A stretch of 64,000 nucleotides of DNA from an uncultured Porphyrobacter sp. (GTDB lineage Bacteria > Pseudomonadota > Alphaproteobacteria > Sphingomonadales > Sphingomonadaceae). The stretch covers positions 8,435-72,434 of the forward strand of contig CAZCNF010000010.1 in the NCBI GenBank assembly GCA_964500135.1, written 5' to 3'. The notes under the pieces were generated by a model. It saw nothing but the letters and a program-made list of their open reading frames with translations, was not told the DNA's origin and ran no database searches. Made by a program: the position numbers and the translations under genes. Positions 47,292 through 57,501 of this stretch are shown here, in pieces (position 1 is the first letter of the stretch; each line of letters starts with the position of its first letter).

Positions 47292-47420
47292 ATGACACGT
47301 TTCGCCAATCACTCGTTCGCTGCCATCGCTGCGATCCTGCTCACCATCGTATCGCTGCACGGCATCGTCACTGTCCCTCCGGCACAGGCGCAGGATGCGA
47401 ATGTGCCGGTGCTGGTCTGA
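47292..47420 (+). CDS. 42-aa small hydrophobic protein (below the ORF-track cutoff)
   Basis: AAGGAG RBS; MTRFANHSFAAIAAILLTIVSLHGIVTVPPAQAQDANVPVLV. Confidence 0.7.
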   Translation: MTRFANHSFAAIAAILLTIVSLHGIVTVPPAQAQDANVPVLV

Positions 47421-47438
47421 CCCTTGGAGCGACCCGAA

Positions 47439-47990
47439 ATGAGCTTGAACCGACCCGATCCCTTGCTGACTGCGGCACAACTGCTGTTGTTCTTCTTCAT
47501 CGGCGTGCTGGGGCTCTGCGCAGCTCTGGTTGCCATCAGCGTGCCGGCAACCGTGATCTTCCAGGACCGGATCCTCGCGGAAGTCGCGGCCAAGGGCGTT
47601 CCGGCCAGCCCTGAGTTGATCGGCGCCCTGTTGATGATCCTCACCTGTGTCTTCGCGATCATGGCGCTGGGGGTATGCTTCATGGAATTGCTGCGCCGGA
47701 TCGTGCGCACCGTCGGTACTGGCGATCCCTTCATCCCCGAGAATGCCGAGCGACTTTCGCGTATGGGCTGGATCGGCGTAGCCGCGCATCTGGTCATGCT
47801 GCCGCTGGGCGGCGTTGCGATGTGGCTGATGCAGCTGGTGGAAGACACACCCGCCGCCGAGGACATCAAGTTCGATCTCGATTTCGGCCTCGATTTCAGC
47901 GGGATCCTGTTGATCCTGATCCTGTTCATCCTGGCCCGAGTGTTCCGCAAGGGCGCTGAAATGCGCGAAGACCTGGAAGGGACCGTGTGA
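47439..47990 (+). CDS. DUF2975 membrane protein
   Basis: GDPFIPENAERL, ILARVFRKGAEMREDLEGTV. Confidence 0.88.
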   Translation: MSLNRPDPLLTAAQLLLFFFIGVLGLCAALVAISVPATVIFQDRILAEVAAKGVPASPELIGALLMILTCVFAIMALGVCFMELLRRIVRTVGTGDPFIPENAERLSRMGWIGVAAHLVMLPLGGVAMWLMQLVEDTPAAEDIKFDLDFGLDFSGILLILILFILARVFRKGAEMREDLEGTV

Positions 47991-48226
47991 TGGCGCCCAG
48001 GACACCAGGCGAAGAAGGAGCCAATATCGTGGTCAAGCTTGACGACCTCTTGCACGCGCGGCGCATGACGCTGACCGAGCTCGCCGAACGGGTCGACCTG
48101 ACCCTTGCCAACCTGTCGATCCTGAAGACCGGCAAGGCCAAGGCGATCCGTTTCTCGACCCTCGAAGCGATTTGCCGCGAACTCGAATGCCAGCCGGGCG
48201 ACCTGCTCGGTTACCAGCCTGACTAG
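47990..48226 (+). CDS. XRE/YozG-type HTH regulator
   Basis: MTLTELAERVDLTLANLSILKTGKAKAIRFSTLEAIC..CQPGDLL. Confidence 0.92.
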   Translation: MAPRTPGEEGANIVVKLDDLLHARRMTLTELAERVDLTLANLSILKTGKAKAIRFSTLEAICRELECQPGDLLGYQPD

Positions 48227-48303
48227 CCAAATTGCTTGACAGCACTGCCGAAATCCTTAGAGGCCCGCCGCGATTGGCGGGCCTCTTTGGCTTTGTCGGT
48301 CAT

Positions 48304-48359
48304 CCGTCCGAGACAGTTGGTGAAGGCAATCAGGCCTTCTTAATTTCCAGCCTAGACGG
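48304..48359 (+). ncRNA. Probable L10 (rplJ) autoregulatory leader
   Basis: CCGTC-CGAGAC...TTAAT...CCTA-GACGG hairpin upstream of rplJ; TTGACA at 48236-48241. Confidence 0.65.
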
Positions 48360-48527
48360 GGAAACGAGATTTTCGCGGCGCATTCGCGCCGCTTCGACAT
48401 GCTTGGCGTGTCACCTCCTTCCCTTTGTCGAACGGACTCGCCCATGCCGGAGCAGGCGCTTCGTCGTGGACAAACGTAGCCGGCCGTGCGGGATCGATCC
48501 CAATCGGTCATAGTGAAGGAGTATGGC

Positions 48528-49043
48528 ATGGATCGTTCGCAGAAAGCCGACGCGGTCGCCCAGCTCAATGCGGTCTTCAGCGAGGTCGGCGTGGTGGTTG
48601 TCACCCGCAACCTCGGCATGACGGTGGCTCAGTCCACCGACCTGCGTGCGAAGATGCGCGAAGCCGGTGCGTCCTACAAGGTTGCGAAGAACCGTCTTGC
48701 CAAGCTCGCCCTGAAGGACACCGACTACGTCGGGCTCGAGGAATTCCTCACCGGCCCGACTGCGCTGGCCTGGTCGACCGACCCGGTCGCAGCCGCCAAG
48801 GCTGCTGTCGATTTCGCCAAGTCGAACGACAAGCTGGAAATCGTCGGTGGATCGATGGGCACGCAGGTGCTCGACGAAGCAGGGGTCAAGGCACTCGCCT
48901 CGATGCCCAGCCTCGACGAACTGCGTGGCAAGCTTGTGGGTCTTATCAACGCCCCGGCGACCAAGGTCGCTCAGGTCGTCAATGCCCCGGCTGCCAAGCT
49001 GGCTCGTGTCTTTGGTGCCTATGGCGCCAAGGAAGCGGCATAA
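48528..49043 (+). CDS. rplJ: 50S ribosomal protein L10
   Basis: [30 protein letters not shown]. Confidence 0.97.
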   Translation: MDRSQKADAVAQLNAVFSEVGVVVVTRNLGMTVAQSTDLRAKMREAGASYKVAKNRLAKLALKDTDYVGLEEFLTGPTALAWSTDPVAAAKAAVDFAKSNDKLEIVGGSMGTQVLDEAGVKALASMPSLDELRGKLVGLINAPATKVAQVVNAPAAKLARVFGAYGAKEAA

Positions 49044-49120
49044 GGTTCATCGCGCACAGCGATATTTTCCGGGGCCTGCAGCAATCCCGCAGCCCCAGCC
49101 CAAATTTGGAGTGATACATC

Positions 49121-49498
49121 ATGGCCGATATTGCCAAGCTTGTTGAAGAACTGTCGAAGCTGACCGTCCTTGAGGCGGCCGAACTCGCCAAGGCGCTGGA
49201 AGAAGAGTGGGGCGTGAGCGCCGCTGCTGCCGTCGCCGTGGCCGCTGCCCCCGCCGGTGGCGCTGCTGCTCCGGCTGCTGAAGAGCAGACCGAATTCAAC
49301 GTCATCCTGACCGGTGACGGCGGCAAGAAGATCCAGGTGATCAAGGAAGTCCGCGCCATCACCGGCCTGGGCCTCACCGAAGCCAAGACCCTGGTCGAAA
49401 GCGCACCTGCCGCGATCAAGGAAGGCGTCAACAAGGCCGAAGCCGAAGACATCAAGGCGAAGATCGAAGCAGCCGGCGGCACCGTCGAACTCAAGTAA
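49121..49498 (+). CDS. rplL: 50S ribosomal protein L7/L12
   Basis: [37 protein letters not shown]. Confidence 0.98.
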   Translation: MADIAKLVEELSKLTVLEAAELAKALEEEWGVSAAAAVAVAAAPAGGAAAPAAEEQTEFNVILTGDGGKKIQVIKEVRAITGLGLTEAKTLVESAPAAIKEGVNKAEAEDIKAKIEAAGGTVELK

Positions 49499-49521
49499 GC
49501 TTCGTTCAGCCTGTGCTGATC

Positions 49522-49555
49522 TGCGAAGGGCGGTGCCGCAAGGTGCCGCCCTTTT
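49522..49555 (+). terminator. rplL intrinsic terminator (repeat copy 1)
   Basis: AAGGGCGGTGCC-GCAA-GGTGCCGCCCTT followed by TT. Confidence 0.85.
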
Positions 49556-49682
49556 GGCATCTGTGGCGAGGATACCGCATTACCAGCCGTTCGAGGCCGC
49601 TTCGGGAAATCGCGCTTCCAAAGCGGGCCCCACCCGCCTATCCGGTCCGGCTGTCCGCCAGCTTCGGGCAGTAGCGTGAACG

Positions 49683-51089
49683 ATGACCGACGGACATTCA
49701 CTCAAGCCCCTGCCATTGAGCAGCGAAGGCTGGCGCGACGAGATCGGCGCGACCTTGCGGCTCGCGCTGCCGCTGGCGCTCGCCAACTTGCTGCAGATGC
49801 TGGTGCATGCGGTCGACGTGATTTTCGTCGCCCGGCTCGGCGAGGTCGAACTGGCCGCTTCGGCGCTCGGCATCTCGGTGTTCGGATTACTGATGTGGGC
49901 CTTTTCCGGCCTAACCGGGATGGTCGCTGCCCTGATCGCCGAAGAGCTGGGGCGGCGCGCGCATTCCGTGCGCGAGGTGCGGCGATCGGTCCGCATGGGG
50001 CTATGGGTGGCGGTCGCATCGGGCATGGTGGGCATGGCCATCTGCTGGCAGGGTGAGGCGCTAATGCTGGCGACCGGGCAGGATCCGCACCTAGCGCAGC
50101 GCGCCGGTGATTTCCTGCGCATCATCATGTGGGCCATGGTGCCGATGGTGATGGCCAATGTGCTGCGCAGCTTCGTCTCGGCTTTGGGCCGCCCGGTGTT
50201 TGCGACCGCGATCACCGCGCTGGCGCTGGGCGCCAGCCTGCTGGGCAACTACGCCTTCGTTTTCGGCAATCTCGGCGCACCCGCGCTCGGTCTCGAGGGT
50301 TCGGCCCTGTCGAGCGTCCTGACCGCGCTGTTCGTACTAGGTTGCTACTTATCTGCAATCGCTGTCGACCGACGGATGCGGCGCTACCGGATTCTCGGCA
50401 ATTTCTGGCGCCCCGAATGGGATCGCCTGAAGCAGCTGGTGCGGCTGGGCTCGCCGGTGATGATGATCATTATCGCCGAGGCCGGCCTGTTCAGCGCTGC
50501 CGCGCTGCTGATGGGGCGGATCGGCGCATCCGAACTCGCAGGCCACACCGTCGCGCTGCAGATCGCCGCGCTGGCCTTCCAGATCCCGTTCGGGATCGGC
50601 CAGGCCGCGACCATCCGCGTGGGCTACCATTTCGGTGCGGGCGACCGTGCGGCAGTGGGACGCGCCGGCTGGGTCGGGATTGCGATGGGCGGCGGCTTCA
50701 TGTGTTTCACCGCCGCATTGATGATCCTCGCCCCCGAATTGCTGCTGCGCATCTACGTCGACCCGGCCGATCCTGCCAATGCGGCGATGGTCGGCTTCGC
50801 CGTCAGTTACATGGTGGTAGCCGCCGCCTTTCAGCTGTTCGATGGCGTCCAAGCAGTCGCCGCCGGTGCGCTGCGCGGGGTTCAGGATACCCGCATGCCG
50901 ATGGTGATCGCGGTGTTCAGCTATTGGGTGCCCGGGTTCGGCGCGGCGATCTGGCTCGGTTTCTTCACCCCGCTGGCCGGCACCGGTGTGTGGATCGGGC
51001 TGGCGACCGGATTGATCTTCGCTGCGGCACTGCTGACCTGGCGCTGGTCCCGGCGGGATTTGCTTGGGCTCTCCATCCGTACAGCCTGA
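49683..51089 (+). CDS. MATE family efflux transporter
   Basis: LALPL, VDVIFVARLG, FGNLGAPALG, QLFDGVQAVAAGALRG. Confidence 0.93.
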   Translation: MTDGHSLKPLPLSSEGWRDEIGATLRLALPLALANLLQMLVHAVDVIFVARLGEVELAASALGISVFGLLMWAFSGLTGMVAALIAEELGRRAHSVREVRRSVRMGLWVAVASGMVGMAICWQGEALMLATGQDPHLAQRAGDFLRIIMWAMVPMVMANVLRSFVSALGRPVFATAITALALGASLLGNYAFVFGNLGAPALGLEGSALSSVLTALFVLGCYLSAIAVDRRMRRYRILGNFWRPEWDRLKQLVRLGSPVMMIIIAEAGLFSAAALLMGRIGASELAGHTVALQIAALAFQIPFGIGQAATIRVGYHFGAGDRAAVGRAGWVGIAMGGGFMCFTAALMILAPELLLRIYVDPADPANAAMVGFAVSYMVVAAAFQLFDGVQAVAAGALRGVQDTRMPMVIAVFSYWVPGFGAAIWLGFFTPLAGTGVWIGLATGLIFAAALLTWRWSRRDLLGLSIRTA

Positions 51090-51170
51090 GCGACGAAGCA
51101 CTCTGTCCGGCGAAATTTTTTCCGACGTGACCGGTTGACTCGCTGCGTCGCCATCCCCAAATGCCGCTCG

Positions 51171-51197
51171 CTGGCACTCTCGAGAGGGGAGTGCCAA
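51171..51197 (+). promoter_or_regulatory. CIRCE element (HrcA operator) before groES
   Basis: CTGGCACTC-N9-GAGTGCCAA; TTGACT...CCCCAAAT RpoH-like promoter just upstream. Confidence 0.88.
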
Positions 51198-51232
51198 GGC
51201 AGATATTCACTCAATTGAGAAAGGTCATCACC

Positions 51233-51520
51233 ATGGCATTTCGTCCGCTGCACGACCGCGTTCTGGTCCGTCGCATCGAAGCCGAAGAAAAGACGGCCGG
51301 CGGCATCATCATTCCCGACAGCGCCAAGGAAAAGCCGAGCGAAGGCGAAGTCATCGCCGTTGGCGAAGGCAATCGCGACGAGGATGGCGATCGTATCCCG
51401 CTCGACGTCAAGGCAGGCGACCGCATCCTGTTCGGAAAGTGGTCGGGTACCGAAGTGAAGATCAACGGCGAAGAGCTGCTGATCATGAAGGAAAGCGACA
51501 TCATGGGCGTGATCGGCTGA
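51233..51520 (+). CDS. groES: Co-chaperonin GroES
   Basis: [22 protein letters not shown]. Confidence 0.98.
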   Translation: MAFRPLHDRVLVRRIEAEEKTAGGIIIPDSAKEKPSEGEVIAVGEGNRDEDGDRIPLDVKAGDRILFGKWSGTEVKINGEELLIMKESDIMGVIG

Positions 51521-51556
51521 ACCGCCGCGCTCCCAAGCTTTCCATCAACCATCTGA

Positions 51557-53215
<1,659 letters not shown>

Positions 53216-53246
53216 GCCTTCAACCGAGTCCGATAGTCAAAAAGAC

Positions 53247-53282
53247 GGCCCGGCAGGAGCGATCCTGCCGGGCCTTCTCTTT
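53247..53282 (+). terminator. groEL intrinsic terminator
   Basis: GGCCCGGCAGGA-GCGA-TCCTGCCGGGCC followed by TTCTCTTT. Confidence 0.85.
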
Positions 53283-53324
53283 GCGACGCGTGGTGCGCCG
53301 GTCATGCAAGAACCGACCAGCGGA

Positions 53325-55595
53325 TCAGCCGCCCGTGCGGCTCGCCTCAAGCCGGTCGAGCACATCTTTCGACCAGGTCACCTGGGTCTGCGTCTGCGGG
53401 TTGAACACATCGCCCGGATAGCTTGCCGCCTCGGCCGCCGCGATCTCCTCGGCGCTGAGGAACTCGCTCGGCTCGAGCGCAAACACATCAAGCCCGCGGG
53501 TGATTTCGGTCGCATAGATCCGGCCCTTGTACCAATAGGCCGACCAGTAACCACCGACGACCATCTGGTCCTTGTCGACCGGCCCGCGATCGAAATAGGC
53601 GATTTCGCGGATGTTCTTGGGATCGGTGAAGTCGATCACGCTGATGCCGCCCTGGTACCAAGCCTGGACGAAGATATCGCGCCCCGGCACGGGGATGATC
53701 GAACCGTTGTGGGCGACGCAGTTTTCCTTGTCAGTCTGCGGTGCAGGCAGCTTGTAGCTGCCGGCGTAGACCAGCTTGCCGTCCTTGATGGAATAGAACG
53801 CGTTGGCGCCCCAGTTCACCGGATCGCCAGCCTGGCACCGCGGACGGCCGCCGCCGCCCCATTCGTCGGTGAAGAGAACCTTGGTGCCATCATTGTTGAA
53901 CGTTGCCGAGTGCCAATAGGCAAAGCCTTTGTCGGTCACGTCATCGATCCGCTGCGGTTTGAGCGGATTGGAGATGTCGAGAATGATCCCGTTGCCCGAA
54001 CATGCGCCCGCCGCCAGCTTCTTCGAAGGAAACACGGTGATGTCGTGGCACTGGTCGGTTTCGCTGGTGCGCTGGGTACCATCGCCATGGTCGCCGCCGC
54101 GCCACAGACCGGCGATCTTGCCATCGCTGGCAAACACGCGCGGCCGGTCGACAATCCGCGCGCCGGCCGGATTGGCGACGGGGATCTCGATCACGTCGAT
54201 GCTGAACAGTGCGGTTTCATCGCCAGCGATGTCATAACAGCCCTCGAGCTCGTCGGCATCGCGCACATAGGATGTGCCCGAATTGTAGACCACGATGCGC
54301 TGGTTGTCGGCACTCACGACCGAATGGGTGTGGCTGCCGCGGCAGGTCTGCACCTGGCCGACCTGGCGCGGGCGGGTGATATCCGAAATATCGAAGATGC
54401 GCAGGCCACGGAAACGTGCCTGATCGACTTTGCCACTGGTGCCGCCAAGGCCGCAGTCGACCCGTCCGCGTTGCTCCTCCACGCTCATGATCAGAATCTT
54501 GCCGATGATCGACACGTCGCCCTGGCCGCCGGGGCAGACGATCGAGCTTACCAGCTGCGGTCGCCCATCGTCGCCCAACCGATAGGCATTGAAGCCATGG
54601 TAATTGCCCGCGACCATCATGTCGCCGGCAAAGGCCATGTCGGTATTGGCAAAGTCGAGCAGCGAGCCGCGCTCTGCGAATTCCGGCTTTACGGCTTCCT
54701 CGGCATCACGCGGGTCGGCCGCTGCCTGCGGCTGGGGCGCAACTGCGGCAGTGGAATGGCCGGCATGCGGATCGGCGGGCACCTGAGCCTCGTCCTTCTT
54801 CTTCGGCTTCAGCGGCTGCAGCCCGGCCGGATTGGCGGGATCGAAGAAGCCGGCCGGCTTGGGCAGCGCCGCGACCAGCCGCAGATTGCTGATGGCGTGT
54901 CCGGCATCGCGGAAGCCTGCTGCCAAAGTGGCGCGAGGATCGGTCGAGAGCCCGGAAAGCAGTCGGTTCATCCGCTCGATCTCGGCTCGCTGGTCGCTTA
55001 CCACATCATTGGTGAACTGGAACATCACCGGATCGTAGGCCGTACCCGGAGCGTTGTGGAGATCGTCCACCATGTCCAACGCGCCGCGATGGTGCGCAAT
55101 CATCAATTGCAGGAACAGGCGATCGAAAGCGGTGCCGGAGGCAGCGGCCAGCGCTGCCATCTGCTCGGGGCTGGCCATCCCCATCATGCTGTGGTGATGC
55201 GCGTGGCCCATGCCCGCCATGGCCACTGGCTCACCGCGCGCCTCGAGCCATTCACGCATGAATTTCATTTCGTCGGCCTGGCTGGCATCGATCCGACCGG
55301 CCAGAGCCACAATGTCCGAATTGTTTGTGCGGCCCTTGACCAGCGCAGCCATGTCTACCGCTTGCTGGTGGTGCACGATCATGCCCTGCATGAAGGTGAC
55401 GTCACCCGGCGCATGGGTGGTCCCTGCCAGCTTGGTGGCGTCCTCGACCGTGAGAACGCGAACCGGCTTGCCCGGCGCGCCTGGCTGCACGATCGGCGCC
55501 TGCTGCGCCAATGCAACGCCCGAAGCACCGGCAAGCAGACCGGCCACAGCCAGCGAAAGCCCGCGAATGGCGGTGCGCGATTGGTTCGAATTCAT
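53325..55595 (-). CDS. Exported DUF305 + LVIVD-repeat beta-propeller protein
   Basis: Signal peptide; FMQGMIVHHQQA and FLQLMIAHHRGA (DUF305); CPGGQGD, CRGSHTH, CHD, YWHSA, NCVAHN. Confidence 0.8.
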   Translation of the reverse strand: MNSNQSRTAIRGLSLAVAGLLAGASGVALAQQAPIVQPGAPGKPVRVLTVEDATKLAGTTHAPGDVTFMQGMIVHHQQAVDMAALVKGRTNNSDIVALAGRIDASQADEMKFMREWLEARGEPVAMAGMGHAHHHSMMGMASPEQMAALAAASGTAFDRLFLQLMIAHHRGALDMVDDLHNAPGTAYDPVMFQFTNDVVSDQRAEIERMNRLLSGLSTDPRATLAAGFRDAGHAISNLRLVAALPKPAGFFDPANPAGLQPLKPKKKDEAQVPADPHAGHSTAAVAPQPQAAADPRDAEEAVKPEFAERGSLLDFANTDMAFAGDMMVAGNYHGFNAYRLGDDGRPQLVSSIVCPGGQGDVSIIGKILIMSVEEQRGRVDCGLGGTSGKVDQARFRGLRIFDISDITRPRQVGQVQTCRGSHTHSVVSADNQRIVVYNSGTSYVRDADELEGCYDIAGDETALFSIDVIEIPVANPAGARIVDRPRVFASDGKIAGLWRGGDHGDGTQRTSETDQCHDITVFPSKKLAAGACSGNGIILDISNPLKPQRIDDVTDKGFAYWHSATFNNDGTKVLFTDEWGGGGRPRCQAGDPVNWGANAFYSIKDGKLVYAGSYKLPAPQTDKENCVAHNGSIIPVPGRDIFVQAWYQGGISVIDFTDPKNIREIAYFDRGPVDKDQMVVGGYWSAYWYKGRIYATEITRGLDVFALEPSEFLSAEEIAAAEAASYPGDVFNPQTQTQVTWSKDVLDRLEASRTGG

Positions 55596-55861
55596 GAAAG
55601 CCCCTATCAGAAATTGCCGGGGGAATACCTGCCATGGCGCCGGTGGAGGTCAAGTCGCATAACCGTCAACAACCGCCGAAACGCGAATAGGATCGACGAA
55701 CGACGCGAAAAGGACACGTCCCGCACGGTTCCCGGCGTGCGTCCAAAGTGGATTCGGTCGCAATGAGGGAACTTCTCGTCGCAGCGAGGCGGGATTTGGC
55801 TTGCTGCCGGGAATCGGCAGTCGTTAATCCTGTGCAAACCACAATGGCTTAGGGTTGGGGC

Positions 55862-56878
55862 ATGAGAAAATCGATCGCGGCATGGATGACCCTGACGCTC
55901 GCCATTTCCGGCGCAGCACCGGCATTGGCCCAGTCGCAGGATTTCGAAGCGATATTCGATCGCACGCTTGGGACCGAACGGCGCGCTCCGCAGACCTTCG
56001 ATGCCGTCTACCAGACTTCGTTCGAACGGCGCATTGCGCAATTGGCCGAGGGCAGCCGCGGCCGGATCGGGGTCGCTGCGATGGATCTGACCACGGGCGA
56101 GCGGATCGGCGTGCTCGACGATCAGATGTTCCCGATGGCATCGACCAGCAAGGTGGCGGTGGCCGCGACCTTTCTCGAACTGGTCGAACAGGGCAAATAC
56201 ACGCTCACCAGCGAGTTTCCACTGCTGATTCCGGTGGGTTCGGCACGCTTCTCCTCTGCCGCAGCGCCGGTCCGCGAAGGCGAATACATGCCGGCGCACC
56301 AGCTGATCGAGATCATGATCGCGCGGTCGAGCAATCCCGCAACCGATGCGCTATTGCGCGTGGTGGGTGGCCCGAGAAAGGTCAACGACTGGATGCGGCG
56401 CCACGGCTTCACCGAATTCAGCATCAATCGGGACATTGCCACGCTGGTGCGCGACGATGGTGAGTTCGATCCCGCATCGCATATCGACAAGCGGGATGCA
56501 GCGACCCCGCGCGAGATGCTCGATTTCCTCGCTGCGCTTTACCAGGGCAAGATCCTCAAGCCGCAAAGCCGGCAGGTGTTGCTCGATGCGATGGCCAAGA
56601 CGCGGACCGGGAAGCGCCGGATCCCCGCGCAGATGCCGGAATTCGTACAGGTCAGCCACAAGACCGGGTCGCTCAGCAATACGTCGAGCGACATAGGCAT
56701 CATCGAGGGGCCCGACGGTCGCGCCATCGCGGTAGCGATCTATGTTACCGGCCAGGGTTCACGCGCGGCGCGGGAAGACCGGATCGCGGCGATTGCCCGT
56801 GCGCTTTATGACGGCTTCGAACAGAAGGCACGCATAGCGCAACCGAACTGGACCAGTGCGGACCGCCCCGGCGGCTGA
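55862..56878 (+). CDS. Class A beta-lactamase-like serine hydrolase
   Basis: FPMASTSK (SxxK), SSN, HKTG; signal peptide. Confidence 0.88.
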   Translation: MRKSIAAWMTLTLAISGAAPALAQSQDFEAIFDRTLGTERRAPQTFDAVYQTSFERRIAQLAEGSRGRIGVAAMDLTTGERIGVLDDQMFPMASTSKVAVAATFLELVEQGKYTLTSEFPLLIPVGSARFSSAAAPVREGEYMPAHQLIEIMIARSSNPATDALLRVVGGPRKVNDWMRRHGFTEFSINRDIATLVRDDGEFDPASHIDKRDAATPREMLDFLAALYQGKILKPQSRQVLLDAMAKTRTGKRRIPAQMPEFVQVSHKTGSLSNTSSDIGIIEGPDGRAIAVAIYVTGQGSRAAREDRIAAIARALYDGFEQKARIAQPNWTSADRPGG

Positions 56879-56934
56879 ACATTCAATCCCGCTTAGGTGC
56901 GCGCGACGCCAGGCATAGGTTCAGCCAAGAAGCG

Positions 56935-56968
56935 AAAAGGGCGGCGCCTTGCGGCACCGCCCTTCGCA
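56935..56968 (-). terminator. Intrinsic terminator of the small lipoprotein gene (repeat copy 2)
   Basis: 33/34 identical to 49522-49555, inverted. Confidence 0.85.
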
Positions 56969-57008
56969 AATCGAAAAATCGATTTACCGATTGCTCGGCT
57001 GTAGCAGC

Positions 57009-57245
57009 TTACGAAGCAGCGGCTTCGGTGGCTTCAGCAGCAGCAGCGTCGGTCGCTTCAGCAGCAGCGTCGGTCGCTTCGGTAGCGGCTTCAGCGGTCG
57101 CTTCGGTAGCGGCTTCAGCATTGGCTTCGGCGTCAGCGGCCATCGCGTCAGCGGTTTCACCAGCTTCTTCAGCAGCCTTTTCACCGCAAGCGGCAAGGCC
57201 CAGGGTCGAAGCGGCCATAGCGGCAGCAAGAACGATCTTACGCAT
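57009..57245 (-). CDS. Small Ala/Glu/Thr-rich lipoprotein
   Basis: MRKIVLAAAMAASTLGLAAC lipobox; EATAEAA/EATDAAA repeats; AAGGA RBS. Confidence 0.85.
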   Translation of the reverse strand: MRKIVLAAAMAASTLGLAACGEKAAEEAGETADAMAADAEANAEAATEATAEAATEATDAAAEATDAAAAEATEAAAS

Positions 57246-57501
57246 AGGTTCAATTCCTTGATCAGCGAGTGTTTCTGCTCGACCCGTCACCGGCGTCTCG
57301 CACAAAGCCGGCCCGTGAGCCGACTTCGGGTGGCTAAATAATGGCCGATTTGTGGCGGCGCAAGCGAATTTGCGCTTCTCCACGCCTTTTTTTCGCCGCA
57401 ATTGACATTCGGCCTTCGCTATGCCGCGTATGGGACCGACCGATGGGCATAGCGCCCAAAAGCGGCTTACCAGCATGACGCTGCGCTGCTAGCACTCCGG
57501 C

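Noticed and set aside
53304..55766. 820-aa plus-strand ORF
   Set aside because: Antisense shadow of the DUF305/LVIVD gene, which has the signal peptide and motifs.
57015..57180. GCTTCAGC/GCTTCGGT repeats as a DNA repeat element
   Set aside because: Explained by the low-complexity Ala/Glu/Thr lipoprotein coding sequence.
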